NCBI GenBank assembly: GCA_030634465.1
Contig: DAOWAS010000002.1
Coordinates: 1 to 53,809 of the forward strand
Direction: 5' to 3'
From: Alphaproteobacteria bacterium
Lineage (GTDB): Bacteria; Pseudomonadota; Alphaproteobacteria; Sphingomonadales; SMXR01
DNA length: 53,809 bases
Shown: positions 34,275 through 42,116 of the stretch, one piece after another
Layout: each line of letters begins with the position of its first letter
How positions within the stretch are numbered: the first letter of the stretch is position 1
The notes under the pieces: generated by a model
Told to the model about the DNA's origin: nothing
Databases searched by the model: none
The model's input: only the letters and a program-made list of their open reading frames with translations
Program-made: the position numbers and the translations under genes

Positions 34275-35261
34275 TTAGCTGTTTATAATTGATTCGGGTA
34301 ATTCCTCAGCGAAACAGCGTTGGTAATATTCCGCAACTATTGGCCGCTCGGCCTCATCACACTTGTTTAGAAAGGTCATGCGGAAGGACAAGGCAACATT
34401 GTTGAAAATTTTATGGTTTTGCGCCCATGTAATTACTGTGCGCGGCGACATAACTGTGGAAATTTCACCACCCATAAAACCCTCGCGGGTCAGGTCAGCA
34501 ACCCGAACCATGTTGGATAGCAGTTCACGCCCTGCTTTGTTGTCCAGCTCTGGCGCTTTAGACAGGGCAATGGCAACCTCGGTATCGTGGGGCAGATAGT
34601 TTAGCGTGGTAACAATATTCCACCTGTCCATTTGACCTTGGTTTATTTGCTGGGTGCCGTGGTAAAGACCCGTGGTGTCACCCAAGCCAATGGTGTTGGA
34701 TGTGGCAAACAAGCGAAATGCTGGGTGGGGTTTGATAACGCGGTTCTGGTCTAGCAAGGTCAAGCGACCTTCGGCCTCCAAAATACGTTGAATAACAAAC
34801 ATAACGTCAGGGCGACCTGCGTCATATTCATCAAAAACCAGTGCAGTTGGGTGTTGTAACGCCCACGGCAGGATACCCTCACGAAACTCGGTAATTTGCT
34901 TGCCGTCTTTTAATACAATGGCATCTTTACCAATAAGGTCAATACGGCTGATATGGCTATCAAGGTTGATACGGACACAAGGCCAGTTCAGCCGTGCCGC
35001 AACCTGTTCGATGTGGGTAGACTTGCCCGTACCGTGGTAACCTTGGATCATAACCCGTCTGTTGTGGGTAAAACCCGCAATGATTGCCAAGGTGGTTTCT
35101 GGGTCAAAAACATAAGACGGGTCAATGTCAGGAACATATTCATTGCCCTTGCTATACGCTGGTACGTCCATGTCTACATCTAGGCCAAACACCTTTTTGG
35201 CGCTTACAGTTGTATCTGGCAGATTAATTGTGTTTTCAGTGTCTGCAATTGTTAGTGACAT
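34275..35261 (-). CDS. cobS: CobS-like AAA+ (MoxR-type) ATPase
   Basis: Walker A is [15 protein letters not shown]; Walker B is [14 protein letters not shown]. 328 aa, immediately upstream of cobT. Confidence 0.85.
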   Translation of the reverse strand: MSLTIADTENTINLPDTTVSAKKVFGLDVDMDVPAYSKGNEYVPDIDPSYVFDPETTLAIIAGFTHNRRVMIQGYHGTGKSTHIEQVAARLNWPCVRINLDSHISRIDLIGKDAIVLKDGKQITEFREGILPWALQHPTALVFDEYDAGRPDVMFVIQRILEAEGRLTLLDQNRVIKPHPAFRLFATSNTIGLGDTTGLYHGTQQINQGQMDRWNIVTTLNYLPHDTEVAIALSKAPELDNKAGRELLSNMVRVADLTREGFMGGEISTVMSPRTVITWAQNHKIFNNVALSFRMTFLNKCDEAERPIVAEYYQRCFAEELPESIINS

Positions 35262-35449
35262 TATAGGTCCTTTTCAGCCTCTTGATATTTATGGCGCATT
35301 ATTTAAATGCCATATTCACATAGATAAATATATTGTTCAGCTTAACCCTGCAATATCTGCAATAAAATAAAATTTTTATGTTTTATGGCTTATTTGTAAA
35401 ATGCTAGAAGACTAAGACAATGTTAAGGCATAAATATTTGGAGCTAAAC

Positions 35450-35713
35450 GTGAGTGTAAAGCAAACAATAGAAGAAAAACTAACCGCAAAATTTTCACCT
35501 ACAATGCTTGAGGTTATTGACCAGTCGCACAAGCACAGGGGGCATGTGGGCTCAAAGCCTGAGGGTGAAACCCACTTTCACGTTAATATGAACGCACAAG
35601 CGTTTGAGGGTGAAAGCCGCGTTGCCCGCCAACGCTTGGTTTATGATTGCCTGAAAGAAGATTTAGAAGGGCCAGTTCACGCCTTGTCGTTGAAGTTAGG
35701 TACAGAAGAATAG
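35450..35713 (+). CDS. BolA-family protein
   Basis: IEEKL...F.P..LEVIDQSHKHRGH...ETHFHVNMNAQAFEG.SRVARQRLVYDCL...VHALSLK. GTG 35450 has TGGAG 6 nt upstream; the ORF-track ATG at 35420 is the alternative. Confidence 0.8.
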   Translation: MSVKQTIEEKLTAKFSPTMLEVIDQSHKHRGHVGSKPEGETHFHVNMNAQAFEGESRVARQRLVYDCLKEDLEGPVHALSLKLGTEE

Positions 35714-35750
35714 CGGGGAAGTTAGGTACATAAAAATAACAGTCAGATAT

Positions 35751-37037
35751 CTAGCTATGATGTTTTTTAATTTTTTGTGCTGGAATAATGCTGATCTTGG
35801 TAATTTGGTTTTTTACCCTGCTGACAATTTGAAATTCCATATTAAAAAAGTTGAAATGGTCGCCAACAATGGGGATCATTTCAGCCTCGTTTAAAATAAG
35901 TCCTGCTAATGTTGTGGCGTTCTCGTCTGGCAAGTTCCAGTCTAGCTGACGGTTCAGGTCACGAATACTTACGGTGCCATCAACCAAAACTGATCCATTT
36001 TCCATCACTTTAACGCCCTCTGTTTCAAAGTCATATTCATCAGAAATTTCACCAACAATTTCCTCTAAAATATCCTCTAACGTAACCATGCCCATTAGCG
36101 AGCCATACTCATCAACCACCATAGCCATATGGTCACGGCGTTCTAAAAAAGCATTAAGCTGTTCTCGTAGGGTGGTTGTTTCCGGCACAAACCACGGCTT
36201 GTTCATAATGCGGTCAATACGAAGCTTTGAAAGGTCCAAGCCCCGCCTGCGCACAGCACGCAAAATGTCTTTGGCATGAACAATGCCGACAATATTTTCT
36301 TTATTGTCGCGCCACAAGGGAATGCGGCTAAATGGGCTGGCAACAACAAAGCTGATAATTTCTTCTGGGGGCAGGGCAATGTCGGCTATTAACATGTTTT
36401 TGCGGTGCACCATTATGTCTTCTAAAGTCACCTCGTTAAGGTCTAATATACTGCCTAGCATGTCGCGGTCAGCTTTTACTATGCCGCCTTCGCTTTCATG
36501 CAGTTCTATGGTGTGGCGAATTTCTTCATGGGCGGACAATGCGTGGTCAGCCATTGATGTATCAACACCGAACAACTTTAAGGTAAAGCGCACAATTTTT
36601 TGTATTGTGGTTACAATTGGGCTGAACAATTTAACAAAAAGGGCAATGGCAGGGCCAACAGCTAAGGCCATGCGGTCTGGCTTTGAAATGGCATAGGTTT
36701 TAGGCAACACCTCGGCAAAGACAAGCACAAGCGCTGTCATAATAAGGGTGGCCCAAACAACACCCTGTTCCTTAAAGAAGTGAATCATAACACTGGTGGC
36801 AAGCGCAGATGCCAATATGTTTACCAGATTGTTGCCTAGTAAAATTCCGCCAAGAAGCCGTTCTCTGTCTTCAATAAGTTTGGCTACAGATTGTGCTCTT
36901 TTTTTGCCATCACGAGCTAGCTTTTGTATGCGTGCCTTTGAGGCAACCGTCAGGGCTGTTTCAGACCCTGAAAAAAATGCAGATACAACTAGCAGGGCAA
37001 AAATAGCCACGATTGAGATAATAATATATGTGTCCAT
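35751..37037 (-). CDS. CNNM/TlyC-family membrane protein (DUF21, CBS pair, CorC_HlyC)
   Basis: The N-terminal TM region has SGSETAL. It is followed by a CBS pair and a C-terminal ...GDHFNFFNMEFQIVSRVKNQITKISI. 428 aa. Confidence 0.85.
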   Translation of the reverse strand: MDTYIIISIVAIFALLVVSAFFSGSETALTVASKARIQKLARDGKKRAQSVAKLIEDRERLLGGILLGNNLVNILASALATSVMIHFFKEQGVVWATLIMTALVLVFAEVLPKTYAISKPDRMALAVGPAIALFVKLFSPIVTTIQKIVRFTLKLFGVDTSMADHALSAHEEIRHTIELHESEGGIVKADRDMLGSILDLNEVTLEDIMVHRKNMLIADIALPPEEIISFVVASPFSRIPLWRDNKENIVGIVHAKDILRAVRRRGLDLSKLRIDRIMNKPWFVPETTTLREQLNAFLERRDHMAMVVDEYGSLMGMVTLEDILEEIVGEISDEYDFETEGVKVMENGSVLVDGTVSIRDLNRQLDWNLPDENATTLAGLILNEAEMIPIVGDHFNFFNMEFQIVSRVKNQITKISIIPAQKIKKHHS

Positions 37038-37316
37038 AGTGGCTTATCATACCTTAAGCGGGGTTCTAGGGCTATAAAATACAGCACTTTCATAGCATAT
37101 ATATAGTATCTTGATTTAATTTCAAAACCTTAGCTGGATAATTTTACATAATTCAGCCATAATTATTGACAATTATATGACCGTGTAGTTGGGGGTATTG
37201 ATGTGGGTTTGGGCTTATTTTTCCCTAGCCAATCGGCTTAACTCTGATTAGTCTGCCAATCAGAAAATTTGGCATATTTGGCAAAAAGCGAACTTTTATG
37301 AATAAGGCGAACTTTT

Positions 37317-37457
37317 ATGAATAAAGTAATTATGGTTGTTCTGATAGCTGGCGTTGTAAGCGTGCTAGCGGGATTTGTTTTTCTTCTTACATGGGACATT
37401 CCAGCCCCTTCTGAACAAGTGGAGCGTGTGTTGCCAGATGATGAACTTCCAAAGTAA
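37317..37457 (+). CDS. Unlisted 46-codon single-TM membrane ORF
   Basis: MNKVIMVVLIAGVVSVLAGFVFLLTWDIPAPSEQVERVLPDDELPK. AAGG lies 9 nt upstream. The 3' end overlaps the ATGATG start of the next gene by 20 nt in another frame. It is below the ORF-track length cut-off. Confidence 0.45.
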   Translation: MNKVIMVVLIAGVVSVLAGFVFLLTWDIPAPSEQVERVLPDDELPK

Positions 37458-39657
37458 ATATTTTTCCATTGGAGTTTTGGGTGTGTTTGGACTTTTTTTA
37501 AGTTCTGCACCCCTCGCACTTGCCCAATCAGGCCTTGAGGTTCTACCAGAACTTGGAGTTCAAGAGCTTGATTTGAATAATCAAGCTTCTGATGTGCCTG
37601 ATGCTTCAGGTGAGTTCAGGCTTCCCATTGCCCAAGAAGACCCAAGGTTTGCCCCATTTTTTGGCGTGCCTGATGTGCCAAGCATTGACCGCGACCAAGC
37701 TACGGGAAATCCGCTTATAATTACACCTGGGCCGTACCTAACCCCTGGCACTGTTGAGGGTGACCCATTTCGTGAAGAGCAGTTGGAAGTTCCTGTGGGA
37801 ATTCCAGTGCAAACTTTCTATGAAGATGGAAATGTGTTCGCAACCGAGGAAGTGTCCGACCAAGATGTGCTTGATGTTGAGGGTGGTGCTTCATTTGAGC
37901 TAGGTATTGCCATGGGGCAGTTGGCTGAAATAGACCCTGCCACATTAGGCCTGTTTGAAGAGCGCACTGGCGGTTTGCCATACAATATGTGGCATGGCTC
38001 AACCTACGACAGGGTGGTGGATATTATTTCTAACCTGCCCGTTGCCACCCCTTCACCAACCATAAATAAATTGTCCGAACTGATTTTGCTTTCAGCCGCG
38101 GCGGTGCCAGCACGCCAAAGTGAAGCATTGTCAACTGCGGAAGCGGGACCAACTGTGGATGCGGGCAAAAAAGCGGTTAATGGTTTGCCTGAGCAGTCTG
38201 AACAGATTGAACAGGGTGAGCAAACAGAGATTGATGCTAGCGAAAGTGAAGTTTTCAACAATGACGCGTTGCTTTTAGCGCGGTTGATGCGCCTTTCTGA
38301 GACAGGCAAAATGTCGGTTCTTATGAATTTTATGAACGCCTTGCCGCAAAATATTTCCATTGCTGAATTGTACGAGTTACGGGTTAACACCGCCTTGTTA
38401 GAGGGTGATATATTATCAGCATGCAACATGGCGCAAGATGCCAGAGCAGAGGAAGGTGCCACATATTGGCTTAAAATACTGACATATTGCCGCGCTGTTG
38501 ATGGCGATAGGGCGGGTGTTGGTTTTAACATTTCATTATTGCAAGAAACAAACGAAGCGCCATTATTTTTCACATCGTTAATTGAAGATATTTTACGTCT
38601 TGCCGAGGGGCGCGCTAGCGGTGGCTCTGGTGTGCATTCGCTAAGCCCAAGTGATGTAAATGCCTTAAGTATTGCTATGGTCAACACCGCTAAAGGCGAG
38701 TTGCCGTTATATTTATTAGAAGATATGCCACGGTTGTATTTAGGTTCAATGACCAGACGTGCCGACCTTTCCATAGATTTCAGGGCAGAGGTAAGCGAGC
38801 TTGCCGCTCTTTATGGGGTGATGGAGGGGCGGGTGTTCTCAGAAGTGTTAGAGGCTATGGACTTTACCGACGGCGAGCGTGACAGTATTTTTCTATTGGC
38901 AAACACTGACCTTGGTGCGCGGGTTGATGGCTTGTTAATTAATAGCGCCATGTTTGAAGGCGACAGGTTGCGCAAGGCCGAGTTAATATCAACAGCGTTT
39001 GAGCGCGGCCTTCGTGAAAAGCTGTACCCTGCGCTGTCATACCCATTGTTGGATGTGGTTAAAACCATGACCCCCACACCAGATCTGGCGTTTTTCGCCC
39101 ATGATGCGGGGCGAATTGCGCTTTATTCGGGTGACGGTGTAACCGCAAAAAAATGGTATGACTTGGTGCTTGGCATGGCCTCTGCTGAAAATTTTGAAGC
39201 TAGCAGGTCGTTGGTTTCATTGTGGCCTTTAATGTTGATGCACGACCAAGCGGGGGCAATTCCGGCCAATGAACAAATTATAACTTTGTGGCGGCAAAGC
39301 TTAAACCAGTTGCCAGCAGGCGAACAACAACAACGCACAGAACTGCTGTATGCTCTGCTAGGTGTGTTCCAATATGACGTTCCAGACCTGATGCTTGGTG
39401 GCTCATTTGCAAGTGCGCCTGAGGTGAGTTCAAGCAAAATGCCACCTCACGGAGTGTGGCGCGCATTTCTACATTCAGCTCGTGATGGCCGTGTTGGTGA
39501 AACCCTTGCCCTTGGGCTTTTGGTTTTGGGCGATGGCTGGGTTGATGAGGTTAATATATCTGTCTTAACCAGTGTGTTGTCTGTTCTAAACGCTATGGGT
39601 ATGGAAACTGAGGCTCGGGCAATTGCCATTGAAGCAATGGTTGGAAGTGGTTTTTAA
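37438..39657 (+). CDS. Secreted hypothetical protein (~739 aa)
   Basis: The signal peptide MMNFQSKYFSIGVLGVFGLFLSSAPLALAQ begins at ATG 37438. The upstream part of the ORF-track call (from 37375) has no signal-peptide logic. No recognisable catalytic motif. Confidence 0.7.
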   Translation: MMNFQSKYFSIGVLGVFGLFLSSAPLALAQSGLEVLPELGVQELDLNNQASDVPDASGEFRLPIAQEDPRFAPFFGVPDVPSIDRDQATGNPLIITPGPYLTPGTVEGDPFREEQLEVPVGIPVQTFYEDGNVFATEEVSDQDVLDVEGGASFELGIAMGQLAEIDPATLGLFEERTGGLPYNMWHGSTYDRVVDIISNLPVATPSPTINKLSELILLSAAAVPARQSEALSTAEAGPTVDAGKKAVNGLPEQSEQIEQGEQTEIDASESEVFNNDALLLARLMRLSETGKMSVLMNFMNALPQNISIAELYELRVNTALLEGDILSACNMAQDARAEEGATYWLKILTYCRAVDGDRAGVGFNISLLQETNEAPLFFTSLIEDILRLAEGRASGGSGVHSLSPSDVNALSIAMVNTAKGELPLYLLEDMPRLYLGSMTRRADLSIDFRAEVSELAALYGVMEGRVFSEVLEAMDFTDGERDSIFLLANTDLGARVDGLLINSAMFEGDRLRKAELISTAFERGLREKLYPALSYPLLDVVKTMTPTPDLAFFAHDAGRIALYSGDGVTAKKWYDLVLGMASAENFEASRSLVSLWPLMLMHDQAGAIPANEQIITLWRQSLNQLPAGEQQQRTELLYALLGVFQYDVPDLMLGGSFASAPEVSSSKMPPHGVWRAFLHSARDGRVGETLALGLLVLGDGWVDEVNISVLTSVLSVLNAMGMETEARAIAIEAMVGSGF

Positions 39658-39683
39658 TAAATCTGTTTTCGAGGAGAGGGACA

Positions 39684-40601
39684 ACGTCCACACAATCCTT
39701 AGATTTAATTACGCATTTTCTAGAGGTTTTAGCGGCTGAGCGTGGGGCGGCAAAAAACACCCTGCTTTCATACGAAAGAGATCTGCGCCTGTTTCAAGAG
39801 GTTTTAAACAAGCCATTGTTAGAGGTGAATATAGATGAGGTGCGAGATTATTTGGCGCACTTGGAGGCACAAGGCTTGTCGCGGGCAACACAGGCGCGCC
39901 GTCTTTCAACCCTTCGTCAGTTTTTCAAATTTCTTTGTGCTGAGGGAATGCGGGTTGATAACCCTGTGGCTAATTTGGACAGCCCGCAAAAGCACAGATC
40001 ATTACCAAAAATTTTAAGCCAAGACGATGTAAACTGTTTGTTGCAAACCGCAAGGGACAGTTATGACAGGAAGAAAAATCTTTCATCCATAAGGCTGTTG
40101 GCATTGTTAGAGATGTTATATGCCACAGGCTTAAGAACTCGCGAGTTGATAGACCTAGCAAAAAGTGCGGGGGCAAGCAGTTGGCAATGCAGCGTTGTTA
40201 AGCGAAAGGGTGGACGGGAACGCATTGTCCCCCTCAGCCAGCAGGCAAAAGACACGGTTTGTGAATATGTATTGGTATTAAACCAAAACCCAAAATTTAG
40301 TGAAAGTCGTTGGTTGTTCCCCTCACGTGGGGCATCGGGCAAGCTTTCACGAGTGCGGTTGTTCCAACAGCTAAAAACACTAGCAATTGAGGCGGGCATT
40401 AACCCAAAAAACATATCAGCCCATGTGTTACGCCATGCATTTGCCACACATTTGTTGGCTAATGGTGCTGATCTGAGGTCAGTGCAAAAGATGTTAGGCC
40501 ACGCGGATATTTCAACAACACAAATCTATACCCATGTTTTAGATGAGCGGTTGAAAGCACTGGTGGTAGAGAAGCACCCTCTAAGTGATGGTAATGGTTA
40601 A
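39684..40601 (+). CDS. xerD: Site-specific tyrosine recombinase XerD (start codon unresolved)
   Basis: N-terminal SAM-like domain: LITHFLEVLAAERGAAKNTLLSYERDLRLF, ARRLSTLRQFFKFL. Catalytic C-terminus: HVLRHAFATHLLANGADLRSVQKMLGHADISTTQIYTHV. See the finding about the start. Confidence 0.85.
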   Translation, partial: TSTQSLDLITHFLEVLAAERGAAKNTLLSYERDLRLFQEVLNKPLLEVNIDEVRDYLAHLEAQGLSRATQARRLSTLRQFFKFLCAEGMRVDNPVANLDSPQKHRSLPKILSQDDVNCLLQTARDSYDRKKNLSSIRLLALLEMLYATGLRTRELIDLAKSAGASSWQCSVVKRKGGRERIVPLSQQAKDTVCEYVLVLNQNPKFSESRWLFPSRGASGKLSRVRLFQQLKTLAIEAGINPKNISAHVLRHAFATHLLANGADLRSVQKMLGHADISTTQIYTHVLDERLKALVVEKHPLSDGNG

Positions 40602-40711
40602 GTAATTTCGTGTATTTTTAGTCTATCTATACTTGACTTTTTTTGTTATTTACACGACCTTGAAGGTTACCGAAGAGCATGATTACCTAGCGTTCTGGAG
40701 AATAAAAATAA

Positions 40712-41668
40712 ATGATTACCTTTCTAGATTTTGAAAAGCCAATGGCTGAGTTAGAAGCCAAAATTCGTGACTTGAGACAGCTTTCTCTTGGCGAAGATCC
40801 TGTGAACGTTACAGATGAGGTCGGTCAGCTAGAAGGTAAGCTCGATAAAATGCTGCGGGAAACGTACAAAAAATTGTCGCCTTGGCAAAAAACCCAAGTG
40901 GCACGCCACCCAGAACGTCCGCATTTTCACGATTATATCGAAACCATGATTGATGATTTTACCCCGTTGGCAGGGGATAGAAATTTTGGCGAAGACGAAG
41001 CACTTATTGGTGGTTTGGGTCGTTTTAAGGGTCAGCCAGTTATGGTTATGGGCCATGAAAAAGGGTTCGATACCGAAAGCCGTTTGAAGCATAATTTTGG
41101 CATGGCACGCCCAGAAGGTTATAGAAAAGCTATTCGCCTTATGAAAATGGCAGATCAGTTTTCGCTACCAGTAATTAGTCTGGTGGACACTTCGGGTGCG
41201 TATCCTGGTGTTGGTGCTGAGGAGCGCGGACAGTCTGAGGCTATTGCCCGTAGCACTGAAGCGTGTCTGGCAGTTGAGGTTCCATATGTTAGCTGTATTG
41301 TGGGCGAGGGTGGTTCAGGTGGTGCCGTGGCACTGGCTGTTGGTAATAAAGTTTTGATGATGGAACATGCCATTTACTCGGTAATTTCACCAGAAGGTTG
41401 CGCCTCTATTTTGTGGCGTTCAAGGGACAAAGCCAAAGAGGCATCGTTTGCCCTTAAAATTACATCAGATGATTTGCTTAAACTTGGCGTTATTGATGAA
41501 ATAGTGCCAGAGCCAGTTGGTGGTGCCCACCGTGACCCCGCCCAAGCAATGCAAAATTTAGCAACAGCTATCGATCAAAGTTTGGAAGAGTTAAATGCAA
41601 TTCCGGCAAAAAGATTGAAAGAATTAAGGCGCGAAAAGTTCCTTGCTATGGGTGATGCCACCCTTTAA
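40712..41668 (+). CDS. accA: Acetyl-CoA carboxylase carboxyltransferase alpha subunit
   Basis: LDFEKPMAELEAKI...ARHPERPH...DTSGAYPGVGAEERGQSEAIA...VGEGGSGGALA. Confidence 0.93.
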   Translation: MITFLDFEKPMAELEAKIRDLRQLSLGEDPVNVTDEVGQLEGKLDKMLRETYKKLSPWQKTQVARHPERPHFHDYIETMIDDFTPLAGDRNFGEDEALIGGLGRFKGQPVMVMGHEKGFDTESRLKHNFGMARPEGYRKAIRLMKMADQFSLPVISLVDTSGAYPGVGAEERGQSEAIARSTEACLAVEVPYVSCIVGEGGSGGAVALAVGNKVLMMEHAIYSVISPEGCASILWRSRDKAKEASFALKITSDDLLKLGVIDEIVPEPVGGAHRDPAQAMQNLATAIDQSLEELNAIPAKRLKELRREKFLAMGDATL

Positions 41669-41733
41669 CACTGGGCATGACGTTAAGCTGAATTATTAAA
41701 ATTTCCTGCTATTTTATGTAGAAAAAGTGTGTT

Positions 41734-41808
41734 TTATCCACAGGCTAAGCCACTTCTGTCCACAGGGTTTTTTATGGTTTTCCACAGGATAAACAGTTTT
41801 TGTCCACA
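41734..41808 (+). promoter_or_regulatory. Array of four co-oriented DnaA boxes at exact 22-bp spacing
   Basis: TTATCCACA (41734), CTGTCCACA (41756), TTTTCCACA (41778) and TTGTCCACA (41800), compared with the consensus TTATCCACA. Confidence 0.7.
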
Positions 41809-41850
41809 ACATGTAGCGTATTTAAATTTTTTCCATACTTTATATTGACG
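41804..41850 (+). promoter_or_regulatory. Two candidate NrdR boxes, 31 bp apart
   Basis: CCACAACATGTAGCGT (12/16 to acaCwAtATaTwGtgt) and ATACTTTATATTGACG (10/16, core 9/10). Box 2 overlaps a possible -35 TTGACG (41845-41850), with CATACT 18 nt downstream. Confidence 0.4.
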
Positions 41851-42116
41851 ATGCACCCCAAATAACGGCATACTCTTTTTTGTGCTTAGGGGGTCTATTT
41901 TCGGCATTTGGGCATTTTACATACAAATCAAAGGGTTAGCTTATCGAGCTTCTAAAATATGAAAATTTGTTAAGTTTTAGTTTTAGAGTGTGTCGTTAAG
42001 AGTTGGATGAAATGCCCCCATTGATTGCAAGCGTAGTTGGCAAGTGTGGTTGTCAAATATGGTTGGCAAAGTGCGCTATTGTTTTGGAATAAATACGAGA
42101 AGAAGGGAGCGATCAG

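Noticed and set aside
38004-38774. A 256-aa minus-strand ORF.
   Set aside because: It is fully antisense to the 739-aa secreted-protein gene. It has the Ser/Ala/Cys-rich, low-complexity composition typical of antisense frames, with no SD or signal logic.
39816-40601. The ORF-track version of xerD starting at TTG 39816.
   Set aside because: It would delete the conserved N-terminal helices that are clearly encoded in frame upstream. It is kept only as a fallback start.
41734-41850. The DnaA-box array plus A+T-rich stretch as the chromosomal origin (oriC).
   Set aside because: There are only four boxes, all in one orientation. I saw no repeated 13-mer or DnaA-trio pattern. The location is a promoter-proximal site upstream of nrdAB, where DnaA regulation is known. 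It cannot be fully excluded without genome-wide GC skew.
41875-42116. A cobalamin riboswitch in the long nrdA leader.
   Set aside because: No B12-box-like sequence or obvious multi-stem junction could be found by eye. The enzyme is class I (NrdAB).
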